This document shows positions 45,245 to 54,716 of a stretch of 56,904 nt of DNA, in pieces. The notes beneath the pieces were generated by a model, which did no database searches, was not told the DNA's origin, and was given only the letters and a program-made list of their open reading frames with translations. The position numbers were made by a program, and so were the translations under genes. Origin of the DNA: Flavobacteriales bacterium (GTDB lineage Bacteria; Bacteroidota; Bacteroidia; Flavobacteriales_D; JAHECK01); assembly GCA_024641785.1 (NCBI GenBank), contig JAHECK010000003.1, positions 1 through 56,904 of the forward strand, read 5' to 3'. Numbering within the stretch: the stretch's first letter is position 1; each line of letters begins with the position of its first letter.

Positions 45245-45859
45245 ATGGATTCATTAAATATATTCATTAAATCGATCTTTATCGAAAACATGATATTTGC
45301 CTATTTCTTAGGAATGTGTTCTTATTTGGCAGTATCCAAATCGGTAAAGACAGCTGTTGGTTTAGGTGCCGCGGTGATCTTTGTACTAGGGATAACCGTT
45401 CCGGTTAACTATTTACTTGAAAATTATTTCCTTAAAGCTGGTGCACTTCAGTGGATAGATCCTTCTTATGCCGATATCGATCTAAGCTTTTTAAGTTTTA
45501 TCCTTTTCATTGCAGTTATAGCCTCTATGGTTCAACTTGTTGAAATGGTTGTAGAGAAATTTTCACCGGCGCTTTACGGAGCCCTTGGGATCTTCTTACC
45601 ACTGATCGCTGTGAATTGTGCCATCCTTGGTGGTTCTTTGTTTATGCAAGAACGTCAATACAGTACTATTGGTGAAGCTACTTGGTTTGGTTTAGGTTCC
45701 GGAGTTGGATGGTTACTGGCGATTGTAGCGATTGCGGCAATCCGTGAAAAGATCCGTTATTCAAATATTCCTGCTCCTCTTCGAGGCTTAGGAATCACTT
45801 TTATCATTACCGGCTTAATGGGAATTGCTTTCATGAGCTTTATGGGAATTAAACTGTAA
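45245..45859 (+). CDS. nqrE: Na+-NQR subunit E
   Basis: NqrE/RnfA-like membrane protein (..[18 protein letters not shown].. ; ..[11 protein letters not shown]..). Confidence 0.93.
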   Translation: MDSLNIFIKSIFIENMIFAYFLGMCSYLAVSKSVKTAVGLGAAVIFVLGITVPVNYLLENYFLKAGALQWIDPSYADIDLSFLSFILFIAVIASMVQLVEMVVEKFSPALYGALGIFLPLIAVNCAILGGSLFMQERQYSTIGEATWFGLGSGVGWLLAIVAIAAIREKIRYSNIPAPLRGLGITFIITGLMGIAFMSFMGIKL

Positions 45860-45874
45860 CAAAACAGACAAAAA

Positions 45875-47170
45875 ATGGCGTTAACAATAATTTTAACCAT
45901 CGCAGTTTTCTTAGTTCTTACTTTATTTTTAGTTGGGATTCTGCTTTTTGCTAAATCGAAACTTTCTCCGTCAGGGAAAATAAAAATACTTATTAATGGC
46001 GAAAAGGAAATTGAAGTAGAAGGGGGTAGCTCTTTACTTAGTACACTGGGAGAAAATGGAATCTTTTTACCTTCTGCCTGTGGAGGTGGAGGTACCTGTG
46101 TTCAATGTACTTGTCAGGTTACTAAAGGTGGTGGATCAATTCTTCCTACTGAGGTTCCTAATTTTTCTAGAAAGCAAATTGCTGATCATTGGAGATTAGG
46201 TTGTCAGGTAAAAGTGAGAGAAGACATGGAGATCCATGTTCATGAAGAAATTTTCGGAATTAAAAAATGGGAAGCTACTGTTGTCTCAAATTATAATGTT
46301 GCTTCTTTTATTAAGGAATTTGTAGTTGAACTTCCGGAAGATATGGATTATAAAGCCGGAGGATATATACAAATTGAAATTCCACCTACCACTGTTAATT
46401 TTAAAGACATGGACATCACTGCTCACCCGGAAGAACATCCAGGTGAACCGGATAAGTTTAAACTGGAATGGGATAAGTTCAATCTATGGCCGCTTGTGAT
46501 GAACAATAACGAAGAAGTTGTTCGGGCATATTCGATGGCTTCCTATCCTGCAGAAGGAAGACGAATAATGTTAAATGTTCGGATAGCAACTCCGCCATGG
46601 GATCGTAAATCAAATGGATGGATGAAAGTGAATCCAGGAATTGCTTCATCATTTATTTTTGCTCAAAAACCGGGAGACAAAGTAGTTGTTTCCGGTCCTT
46701 ATGGTGAGTTTTTCATTAAGGAGACTGATTCAGAAATGATCTATATCGGAGGTGGTGCCGGAATGGCACCAATGCGATCTCATTTATATCACCTTTTTAA
46801 AACATTAAGAACAGGTCGTAAAGTTACTTATTGGTATGGTGGCCGTTCTAAAAGAGAATTATTTTACCTGAAACACTTCCAAGAATTAGAAGAAGAATTT
46901 CCAAATTTCAAATTTTACCTGGTCTTAAGTGAGCCGATGGAAGAAGATAACTGGAAGGTTAAAAAAGACATGGATGATACTGAAGGTGATGGTTTTGTCG
47001 GGTTTGTACATCAATCTGTGATCGATAATTATTTGAGTAAAATTGATGCTCCTGAAGATATTGAGTTTTATTTCTGTGGTCCTCCTATGATGAACAATGC
47101 AGTAACTGCAATGTGCGAAGATTTTGGAGTTCCCCCTGAAAATGTAAGTTTTGATGACTTTGGAGGCTAA
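45875..47170 (+). CDS. nqrF: Na+-NQR subunit F (2Fe-2S / FAD / NADH)
   Basis: Has an N-terminal TM segment, the 2Fe-2S motif CGGGGTCVQCTC, the FAD-binding motif RAYSMAS and the NAD-binding motif GGGAGMAPMRS. Confidence 0.95.
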   Translation: MALTIILTIAVFLVLTLFLVGILLFAKSKLSPSGKIKILINGEKEIEVEGGSSLLSTLGENGIFLPSACGGGGTCVQCTCQVTKGGGSILPTEVPNFSRKQIADHWRLGCQVKVREDMEIHVHEEIFGIKKWEATVVSNYNVASFIKEFVVELPEDMDYKAGGYIQIEIPPTTVNFKDMDITAHPEEHPGEPDKFKLEWDKFNLWPLVMNNNEEVVRAYSMASYPAEGRRIMLNVRIATPPWDRKSNGWMKVNPGIASSFIFAQKPGDKVVVSGPYGEFFIKETDSEMIYIGGGAGMAPMRSHLYHLFKTLRTGRKVTYWYGGRSKRELFYLKHFQELEEEFPNFKFYLVLSEPMEEDNWKVKKDMDDTEGDGFVGFVHQSVIDNYLSKIDAPEDIEFYFCGPPMMNNAVTAMCEDFGVPPENVSFDDFGG

Positions 47171-47192
47171 AGCTTTTAATCCCTATCGGAAG

Positions 47193-48218
47193 ATGGGGAT
47201 TTTTTTTAAAGGACTAAATCTTTTTCTTATCGTTCTGTGCTTTAGCTCTTGCACTAGCGAAAAGCTTTACGATATTAAAGGAGAGGCTCAAGGCACTTAT
47301 TATTCGATCAAATATATCGCAGCGAGTGAGGTCTTGACTAAAGCGGATTTTGATGCGCTTTTTTTAAAAATTGATTCCTCATTATCTACTTATAAGGATT
47401 ATTCATTGATAAGTAAATTCAACCGGGAAGATTCAATCATTACAAATGATCCTTTTTTTATTGAGATGATCCGCGAATGTGATCAGATCTATCATAAAAG
47501 CAATGGCGCTTTTGATGCAACTGTTTTGCCTTTGGTTCGTGCATGGGGCTTTGGTCCTGAAGGGAATGAGTATGTATCTTCCATCCCTATTGATTCTCTA
47601 ATGAAACTTGTTGGATGGGAAAAACTAGCTATAAAATATTTTCCAGATGGAAGACTCTCTCTTAAGAAAGGGGTAAAAGGGATGCAGCTCGATTTTAATG
47701 CCATAGCACAGGGTTATTCGAGCGATATCATTGCTGATATTCTTAATGAAGCAGGAATCAATAATTACCTTATTGATAGCGGAGGAGAATTAAAGGCAAA
47801 GGGTTTAAATAGTAATGGTGAATCATGGAAAATAGGAGTTGATAATCCGGAAGAAAATGCGAGTGAAAGGAGTTTAATCGCCACTTTTGAACTAAATAAT
47901 ACATCGGTAGCAACAAGTGGAAATTATCGCAAATTTTATATCAAAGATGGGGTTAAATATTCTCATACGATCTCTCCTTTTACAGGAAGTCCGGTAAAAC
48001 ACACTTTATTGAGTGCGACTGTAATTACAGATACATGCTCAATTGCCGATGGTTTTGCCACTGCATTAATGGTAATAGGAACTGAACAAGCTATTTCATT
48101 AATTGAAAACCTTGATAATGTAGAAGCTTATCTGGTGTATTCAGATGAAGAAGGAAACTTTAAAAGCTATTTAAGCAAAGGCTTAGCCGGAATAATTAAA
48201 GAGAGCTCGAAGCATTAA
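47193..48218 (+). CDS. apbE: FAD:protein FMN transferase (ApbE) lipoprotein
   Basis: The start is set at MGIFFKGLNLFLIVLCFSSC (lipobox). ApbE motifs include GAFD.TV.PLV..WGFGP, DFNAIAQGY and TSGNYRKF. It lies downstream of nqrF, as in many Na+-NQR loci. Confidence 0.88.
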   Translation: MGIFFKGLNLFLIVLCFSSCTSEKLYDIKGEAQGTYYSIKYIAASEVLTKADFDALFLKIDSSLSTYKDYSLISKFNREDSIITNDPFFIEMIRECDQIYHKSNGAFDATVLPLVRAWGFGPEGNEYVSSIPIDSLMKLVGWEKLAIKYFPDGRLSLKKGVKGMQLDFNAIAQGYSSDIIADILNEAGINNYLIDSGGELKAKGLNSNGESWKIGVDNPEENASERSLIATFELNNTSVATSGNYRKFYIKDGVKYSHTISPFTGSPVKHTLLSATVITDTCSIADGFATALMVIGTEQAISLIENLDNVEAYLVYSDEEGNFKSYLSKGLAGIIKESSKH

Positions 48219-48403
48219 GAATTCTCACATCGTTGATCCGGACGGGCACCGCAAACGGAACAATTTTCACCTTCTTTATTTAAATTTAAACCAGCACTGG
48301 CACAAGTACCATTAAACTTCCCGTTTTTCTTTACTAAGATCTTAATCGCTAATCCGGCGAAGGCAAGTGCCAATAAAACAATGGTGATAAGAACTAATTT
48401 CAT
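48215..48403 (-). CDS. Small single-TM, four-Cys protein; candidate NqrM-like Na+-NQR maturation factor
   Basis: The 62-aa product starts at MKLVLITIVLLALAFAGLAIKIL (TM helix). Exactly four Cys follow (GTC...ENCSVC...QRC), as described for NqrM/DUF539. It is convergent with apbE, and the stop codons overlap at 48215-48218. Confidence 0.45.
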   Translation of the reverse strand: MKLVLITIVLLALAFAGLAIKILVKKNGKFNGTCASAGLNLNKEGENCSVCGARPDQRCENS

Positions 48404-48624
48404 CTCTATTTTCTTAGACTGCAAAGCTACAACTTATTCACTTAAATCGTTTTAAAAAGGGCTATAATAAGTGTAAAGAAAATCACATATCTCTATTTAA
48501 TAATGATAAAAGGAATAATAGACGGAGCGAATATTTGAAAATTGAAAATGTTAGGCGTTGGATGACGAAAATTGGATGTGAAAATGATACTTATTTGAAC
48601 ATTTTCTTTATTTTATTTATGCAT

Positions 48625-49365
48625 TTAGTAATGTATCAATTGACCGGATCCAATATGCGATGAAATAAAAATTTCAGGATCATTAGTATAGTATATATTC
48701 CCTGTCAAGTTGAGTTCTACTCTGATATAATCGCTTGTATTAATAGTGAAGTCTCCGGTGCCTCCATTTTTATATAAACCGCTATAGCTAATAAGATCTT
48801 GTAGATCAATGATCGAATAGGAAGCAGAATAGGCAAACACATAATCGAAAGTCCCGGTGAGTTTTACATTACTTGCTCCTGTATGTTGAATGAGATATAA
48901 AGCATTTCCGGAGAAAGCTAATTCAATATTTCCAACGCCGTCTTTTGTTTCTATTTTAAATGTATCTACTTCCAGAACGCCATCGCTATAGATGTTTCCA
49001 TAACCGGAGAATAATATAGAATCTATTTCAGGCATAGTAATAGATACTTCGTAGGGTGTATCTTGATCCCTTATCCATTGACAAGCAGTTTTATTTTCAA
49101 TTACTAATTTATAACCTTCAACGGTAGTTGTATAACTATCAATTAAATTAGATCCTCCTTTCACCACTACCTTATATTCAGGTCCTTCTTTAATGGTAAC
49201 CGTAGCATTATCCCGAATATCCAGTGTGTTAAAAGGGCTTTCAATTAATCGCTCTTCAGAAACAATATCCCCCGGCTTTGTTAAACAAGCACTTCCATTG
49301 TCTTTATTACAGCCGCAAAAAGCCATGAAGATCAGTATTGCTAATGTAAATTTTAAAAGCGCCAT
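48625..49365 (-). CDS. Lipoprotein, DUF2807 / head-GIN-domain-like (by eye)
   Basis: Has a lipobox (MAFCGCNKDN) and repetitive beta-strand segments with GSG/GTG/GNI motifs (..SGYGNIYSDG.., ..GVGNIELAFSG.., ..TGASNVKLTGT.., ..LTGNIYY..). Confidence 0.5.
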   Translation of the reverse strand: MALLKFTLAILIFMAFCGCNKDNGSACLTKPGDIVSEERLIESPFNTLDIRDNATVTIKEGPEYKVVVKGGSNLIDSYTTTVEGYKLVIENKTACQWIRDQDTPYEVSITMPEIDSILFSGYGNIYSDGVLEVDTFKIETKDGVGNIELAFSGNALYLIQHTGASNVKLTGTFDYVFAYSASYSIIDLQDLISYSGLYKNGGTGDFTINTSDYIRVELNLTGNIYYTNDPEIFISSHIGSGQLIHY

Positions 49366-50423
49366 CCTATTCCCAATTCTACATTTCTAGCTCTGGCCCA
49401 AACGGTCCGTAAGCTTAAATTAACTATTAAGTGTTCTGAAGCCATCCACATACAACCTAAACGATGATAGTAAGTGTCATTATCGTTGCTGTTATTATAG
49501 GCATAAAATCCCCATTCTAACATAAATTGGATTTGCTCTAAATTTAATAAATACCCAGCTGCAATTCCAACTTGAAATACATTTGATATTTCTTCAAATT
49601 CATATTGAGTTGGGTCGCTTATATCAAAAAATAAATCGACACTCCCTACTAATTTACTCCTGAAATTAAGCGAATATAAAGCTTGATATCGAGCGTTTAT
49701 GACAGTAGCGACAGCCTTTGCAACTTCAGATTGTCTTCGGCCAAAATTTAAAAGAACTTCATTTCTCCACTTTTTATATTCGCGAGTAGGCAGCGTTTTA
49801 AGATCGATGGTTTGTTCCCCTATTCGATATTTAATTCCCACTTGTAAAGAAGCTAAGTTAATCCCTAAATTAGGCTTTTGAACCCCGGTATTTGAAAAAT
49901 GAGACATTCCTAATCCTAATTTTATATCCATCGCTTTACTGATCTTAAATTCTTTTTGAAGATCGATAAAGAAAAAAAAGTTGACATTGGTTCCGATGGC
50001 AATATTTTGATTGTTAGTCTCAGCATCAAATTTTGAACTTAAAAAACCGGGTCCAAAACCAAATCGAAAATGAAAATTATTCCTTTCTTTTTTTCCATAA
50101 ACCTTGTCGAAATAGCCAAATATAGCATAGGCCTGTCCTAGTTGTTGGTTGTACATAAGAGGTGAAAAGAATGCACCTACTCCTAATTCCGGAAAATTGG
50201 CTTCCTGATGCCATTCTTTCTTACCTGTAGTTTTATGTCCGACAAAAAGCCTGAAAGAAGGGAAATATCGGACAGATAAACGATGCATTTCGGAATGATG
50301 ACTAATAAGATAGCCATATTCTGATTGACCTGTTACAGAATAGGTATAGCTCTCTTTTTCCTGAGAAAATCCGGAAAAAGAAAAAATTATAAGGGATAAT
50401 ATGAATGTGAATAAACTCCTCAT
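49353..50423 (-). CDS. Acyloxyacyl hydrolase / PagL-like lipid A deacylase outer-membrane protein
   Basis: Has a signal peptide and beta-barrel-like sequence. The motif GMSHFSNTGVQKPNLGINL matches the SH.SNG...PN.G.N signature of this family. Confidence 0.6.
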   Translation of the reverse strand: MRSLFTFILSLIIFSFSGFSQEKESYTYSVTGQSEYGYLISHHSEMHRLSVRYFPSFRLFVGHKTTGKKEWHQEANFPELGVGAFFSPLMYNQQLGQAYAIFGYFDKVYGKKERNNFHFRFGFGPGFLSSKFDAETNNQNIAIGTNVNFFFFIDLQKEFKISKAMDIKLGLGMSHFSNTGVQKPNLGINLASLQVGIKYRIGEQTIDLKTLPTREYKKWRNEVLLNFGRRQSEVAKAVATVINARYQALYSLNFRSKLVGSVDLFFDISDPTQYEFEEISNVFQVGIAAGYLLNLEQIQFMLEWGFYAYNNSNDNDTYYHRLGCMWMASEHLIVNLSLRTVWARARNVELGIGWRF

Positions 50424-50490
50424 TTATAAGGGGTCAAAATTAAGATAAGCTATTTGATTTTTTACTTTTATACCAGAAAATTTATATGCA

Positions 50491-51252
50491 ATGGATGAAC
50501 GATTAGTAGCTTTTAAGCGATTATTGGATATAATGGACGATCTGAGAGAAAAGTGTCCATGGGATATGAAACAAACCATGGAGAGTTTGCGTCATTTGAC
50601 TATTGAAGAAACCTATGAATTATCAGATTCTATTATAGATAATGATCTTCCTGAGATCAAAAAAGAATTAGGTGATCTAATGTTGCATTTGGTCTTTTAT
50701 GCTAAAATCGGAAGTGAAAAAAATGCTTTCACAATGAGCGATGTTCTAAATGGGATCTGTGAAAAGTTGATCAGTCGTCACCCTCATATATATGGAGATG
50801 TTGTGGTTACAGATGCTGAGGAAGTAAAGGCTAATTGGGAAAAATTAAAATTAAAAGAAGGCAATGAGTCAGTTCTATCCGGAGTGCCAAGGTCACTTCC
50901 TTCTTTAGTAAAAGCCTCAAGAATTCAGGATAAAGCAAAAGGGGTTGGATTTGATTGGGAACGTAAAGAGCAAGTATGGGAGAAAGTTGAAGAGGAGATC
51001 CATGAGTTCAAAGTGGAAGTGGAGAAGGGCTCGGATAAAATAGAAGATGAATTCGGGGATGTATTGTTTTCCTTGATAAATTATGCGCGATTTATCGATG
51101 TAAATCCGGACGATGCTTTAGAAAGAACGAACAAGAAATTTATAAAGCGCTTTCAATATCTGGAATCAGAAGCTAAAAAAATGGGTAAAGAACTCTCAGC
51201 TATGAGCCTTGATGAAATGGATGTATATTGGAATAAAGCGAAAGAACTTTAA
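50491..51252 (+). CDS. mazG: Nucleoside triphosphate pyrophosphohydrolase MazG
   Basis: Has two MazG EEXXE-type repeats (TIEETYELSD..ELGDLMLH ; EEEIHEF..EFGDVLFSLINYAR) and the LR..CPWD motif. Confidence 0.9.
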   Translation: MDERLVAFKRLLDIMDDLREKCPWDMKQTMESLRHLTIEETYELSDSIIDNDLPEIKKELGDLMLHLVFYAKIGSEKNAFTMSDVLNGICEKLISRHPHIYGDVVVTDAEEVKANWEKLKLKEGNESVLSGVPRSLPSLVKASRIQDKAKGVGFDWERKEQVWEKVEEEIHEFKVEVEKGSDKIEDEFGDVLFSLINYARFIDVNPDDALERTNKKFIKRFQYLESEAKKMGKELSAMSLDEMDVYWNKAKEL

Positions 51253-51311
51253 ATAAGATAAGAATTCGAAGCACGAAGAGAAAATTCTACTTTAGGTATT
51301 CTGAAATCAAT

Positions 51312-51350
51312 AAAAAAAACCGTCATTGATCTTTGATCGATGACGGTTTA
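51312..51350 (-). terminator. Rho-independent terminator for the peroxiredoxin gene (possibly bidirectional with mazG)
   Basis: The stem ccgtcat (51320-51326) / atgacgg (51340-51346) is followed on the minus strand by an 8-nt T-run (the A-run at 51312-51319). Confidence 0.7.
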
Positions 51351-51370
51351 ACTATCTTAATGAAAAATTC

Positions 51371-52003
51371 TTAATGAGAAGAAAGATATTCCGCTACTCC
51401 TTCATGAGATTCTTTCATTCCTTCTTTTCCTTTTTGCCAATTTGCAGGACAAACCTCTCCGTTTTCTTCATGAAATTGTAAAGCGTCAACCATACGGATA
51501 GCTTCTCCAACATTTCTTCCTAATGGAAGGTTATTTACAATTTGATGTTGTACGATTCCATCTTTATCGATAAGGAAAAGTCCACGGTAAGAAACCATAT
51601 CACCGGAAGCGATTAGTTTACCATTGTCATCATAATCATATTCACCTGTAAGGACATCGTAGGCATCTCCAATCGTTTTGTTTGTATCGGCAACGATCGG
51701 ATAAGTAACTCCTTTAATTCCACCCTTATTCTTATCCATTGTTAACCATCCCCAATGTGATTGTTCTGTATCTGTAGAACAAGCTACTACTGCGACATTT
51801 CTCTTTTCAAATTCTCCTAAAGCTTCTTGAAAAGCGAATAACTCGGTAGGACAAACAAAAGTGAAATCTTTTGGGTAAAAGAAGAATAATACGTGTTTTT
51901 TACCTAAATATTGATCTAATGAAAAATCATCAACGATTTGAATTCCATTTATCACCGCTTTTGAACTAAATGAAGGTGCTTTTTTACCAACTAATACTGA
52001 CAT
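51371..52003 (-). CDS. Typical 2-Cys peroxiredoxin (AhpC/Tsa family)
   Basis: Has the peroxidatic Cys motif DFTFVCPTE and the resolving Cys in GEVCPANW. Confidence 0.92.
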   Translation of the reverse strand: MSVLVGKKAPSFSSKAVINGIQIVDDFSLDQYLGKKHVLFFFYPKDFTFVCPTELFAFQEALGEFEKRNVAVVACSTDTEQSHWGWLTMDKNKGGIKGVTYPIVADTNKTIGDAYDVLTGEYDYDDNGKLIASGDMVSYRGLFLIDKDGIVQHQIVNNLPLGRNVGEAIRMVDALQFHEENGEVCPANWQKGKEGMKESHEGVAEYLSSH

Positions 52004-52089
52004 GATCTTATTGTTTTAATTAAGCTACAAAACTAATCTAAAACTAGCTCTTTTGGCAATTTCAAGCCTAAAAGATCAATTATAAATAA

Positions 52090-52809
52090 TTATAAAGCTA
52101 TAAGAAATACTGATAGTACAAAGCCAAGAATAATCGCAATGAGTTTAGCGAAGTTAATACTGTGCGTATCGGAACTTTCAAAAATGATGGTCGTTCCAAC
52201 ATGGATGAAAATACCAACCACTACAGCCATTATTTGCTCCGATCGAAGAGGAAATGACTCATGAAAATAATAGCCATATATAAAACCTAATGGCGACATG
52301 ATCGCAAATATGATGATTTGAACAATTACTTTTTTATTGTTTTTATATTGATTAATTAATAGGCTTGTGAGTACGATAGCGATCGGTAATTTATGCAAAA
52401 CAATACCCAGTAGAAACGAATGGTTTTCATTTAAATGAGTCAGATCAGCCATTCCTAAAGGAATCCCTTCTAAAAAAGCATGAAGATAAAGACCAATTAA
52501 TACACCGCTCAAGGATGTGTTTTCATGAATATGTGCATGTCCATGCTCTATCCCCCGAGAGAAATAATCGAGAAGTACTTGAATAAAAAAGCCTAATAAA
52601 ATAAGTAAACCGATGTTTTTAGCATCCGAATGGTAGATTTCAGGTAAAATATGTAAAAAGACAATTGAAAGCAGATAAGCTCCACTAAAGGTAAGCAGCA
52701 GCTTTAAGTGTTTCTTGATCCCCCCAATAGAAAAAACGAGAAGGGCACCGATTATTGGTATGATAGTGAGTATAAATAAATCTATTTTCACAATTATTTC
52801 TTTTTGCAA
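52090..52809 (-). CDS. ZIP-family divalent metal transporter
   Basis: 239-aa polytopic protein with a His-rich loop (EHGHAHIHE) and HAFLEGIPLG / HKLP motifs typical of ZIP/ZupT. Confidence 0.8.
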   Translation of the reverse strand: MQKEIIVKIDLFILTIIPIIGALLVFSIGGIKKHLKLLLTFSGAYLLSIVFLHILPEIYHSDAKNIGLLILLGFFIQVLLDYFSRGIEHGHAHIHENTSLSGVLIGLYLHAFLEGIPLGMADLTHLNENHSFLLGIVLHKLPIAIVLTSLLINQYKNNKKVIVQIIIFAIMSPLGFIYGYYFHESFPLRSEQIMAVVVGIFIHVGTTIIFESSDTHSINFAKLIAIILGFVLSVFLIAL

Positions 52810-53540
52810 ATAAGGATTAAGCGATCTGATCTTTCCTCATCAAAAGGATTCATATTATAGTCACCAAAAATACCTTTTATTATAAACCCTGATTCCTGTA
52901 GCATCGATTTAAAATCATTCAAGCAAAAGGCCTGTACTTTTTCGGTGAATTGAAATTGCACTCCGGCATCCTCAAAGCGTATCTCTTTAATGATCATATC
53001 GTTTTCGACTTTTCTTTCGATGGAAAAATCAAGTCCTTCCACTCGTTTGCATTCTTTTTCAATCAAAGTATCAATGATCTTTGAAACATTTAAGAAATCG
53101 ATAACAAAGCAACCCTCTTTATCGAGCATTTTATAAGCAGAAGATAAAACGTTAATATTATCATTTCTATTTGTGAAATAACCAAAGCTGGTAAACAGAT
53201 TAAAAATACAATTAAAATGAGCTCCTTCAATGGGTTCACGCATATCTTGAACAAGAAAATGAAGATGATCACTTTCGTATTTCTTTGCCCATTCGATACT
53301 TGATGGCGATAGATCTGCTCCTGTAACGTTAAATCCTAAAGAACTTAAAAAACGACTATGACGACCTCTTCCACATGCTAGATCTAATATCTCAGCTTGT
53401 TCAGGAGCTTTTATTTTATTCAATAAATTTCTTAAAAAGGACTGAGCCTCAACGTCATTCCTGTCCTTATATAATTTATGGTAATAAGGGGAATCAAACC
53501 AAGTTTTAAACCACTCCGAGTTCTTTGAAACGTTTTGCAT
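52794..53540 (-). CDS. Class I SAM-dependent methyltransferase
   Basis: Has SAM motif I ILDLACGRGRHS and motif II-like FNCIFNLFTSFGYF. Confidence 0.8.
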   Translation of the reverse strand: MQNVSKNSEWFKTWFDSPYYHKLYKDRNDVEAQSFLRNLLNKIKAPEQAEILDLACGRGRHSRFLSSLGFNVTGADLSPSSIEWAKKYESDHLHFLVQDMREPIEGAHFNCIFNLFTSFGYFTNRNDNINVLSSAYKMLDKEGCFVIDFLNVSKIIDTLIEKECKRVEGLDFSIERKVENDMIIKEIRFEDAGVQFQFTEKVQAFCLNDFKSMLQESGFIIKGIFGDYNMNPFDEERSDRLILICKKK

Positions 53541-53660
53541 ATTATATACGTTTAATAAACAAAACTATGTGAAAAAGCATTCTTATGATTCATAAATGGT
53601 GTTATTTAATTAATCAATTTGTGTTTGGAAATATACGTCTAGAAATTCCATCTATTTAAT

Positions 53661-54236
53661 ATGTCAAAAATTAGCAGTACCGGTTTGTTCGAAATTTACG
53701 AAGATTTAAAAAAGAGAAATATAATACTTTCTTTTAATGGGGATATTACTCCGGATTTATTGACTTCGATCTTATACGTTATTGAACAAAAGTTGGATAG
53801 GTATGATGAGACAACAAAAATAAAAAGAAAGGTTTTTAATGTTTTAGTTGAATGTCTTCAGAATCTTTATCATCATTCTGATGAAGATCTTGAAGAAGAA
53901 ATCATCATCGAAGAAAGTGAGAAAAGTAAACCTTCAGTTATTGTAATGGTTGCTAAGAATAGCGATGGCTATAATATCCTTACCGGAAATATGATTCCAA
54001 GTGAAAATGTAGGAACACTTAAAAATAGGTTAGAAGAAATTAATGATTTATCTAAAGATGAACTAAAAGAATTATATCTTGCAACCTTAACCGACGGAAA
54101 GAGATCACGTAAAGGAGGTGGAGGTCTTGGATTTCTTGAAATTGCAAGAAAGTCAGGAAGGAAATTGGAATTTGGAATTGTCCCTTACAATGATCAAAAT
54201 TCGTTTTTTAGTTTGAATGTAAAAATTGATCAATAG
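53661..54236 (+). CDS. SiaB-like GHKL-type protein kinase (partner-switch kinase)
   Basis: 191-aa product with the N-box-like motif ECLQNLYHHS and the ATP-lid GGGGLGFLEIARKSG. Its size and its pairing with a DUF1987 gene match SiaB-family kinases. Confidence 0.6.
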   Translation: MSKISSTGLFEIYEDLKKRNIILSFNGDITPDLLTSILYVIEQKLDRYDETTKIKRKVFNVLVECLQNLYHHSDEDLEEEIIIEESEKSKPSVIVMVAKNSDGYNILTGNMIPSENVGTLKNRLEEINDLSKDELKELYLATLTDGKRSRKGGGGLGFLEIARKSGRKLEFGIVPYNDQNSFFSLNVKIDQ

Positions 54237-54247
54237 TTTATATAGTT

Positions 54248-54631
54248 ATGAAAGACCTAGTAATTAAAGGTGAAGCGAAGACCCCAACAATTAATTTTAA
54301 TTTTCTAAATGGCGAGTTATTAATTTCGGGAAGATCAATTCCTGAAAATTCTGTTGAATTTTACGAGCCTGTCATTGCTTGGTTAGATGAATATAAATCT
54401 TCAAATGCCGGAGCTTTAAAAATTGATATTAAGCTCGAGTACTTTAATACTTCTTCTTCAAAATGTATTTTAGACCTTTTTAAAAAACTTGAAGAGTTAA
54501 AGGAAGTGGCGAAGGAAGTGAATATAAATTGGTACTATGAGTCAGATGATGAGGATATGGAAGAAGCCGGACAGGATTTTCAGGCTATCATTAATGTTCC
54601 AATGAAATTGATCTCTGTTGAAAGTCTCTGA
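54248..54631 (+). CDS. DUF1987 / SiaC-like partner-switch protein
   Basis: The 127-aa product starts ..KTPTINFNFLNGELLISGRSIPENSVEFYEP...WL. The conserved EYFNTSSSK segment places a Thr at residue 68. Confidence 0.65.
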   Translation: MKDLVIKGEAKTPTINFNFLNGELLISGRSIPENSVEFYEPVIAWLDEYKSSNAGALKIDIKLEYFNTSSSKCILDLFKKLEELKEVAKEVNINWYYESDDEDMEEAGQDFQAIINVPMKLISVESL

Positions 54632-54675
54632 TTAAATTTAATCAGAACCCTAATTTGATAATTTATGTCAGAGTT

Positions 54676-54701
54676 AAGCCTTTTTTTAAAAGGCTTTTTT
54701 T
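54676..54701. terminator. Bidirectional hairpin terminator between the siaC-like gene and the ABC transporter gene
   Basis: The stem aagcctttt (54676-54684) / aaaaggctt (54688-54696) is followed by a T-run on the plus strand. On the minus strand no T-run follows the stem (ctctgacat), although the stem itself contains four U residues. Confidence 0.65.
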
Positions 54702-54716
54702 CTATTAGAGGATTCT

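Noticed and set aside
47151-47192. N-terminal extension of apbE overlapping nqrF
   Set aside because: The ATG at 47193 gives a clean lipoprotein signal peptide (MGIFFKGLNLFLIVLCFSSC). The extension overlaps the last 20 nt of nqrF and adds non-homologous residues.
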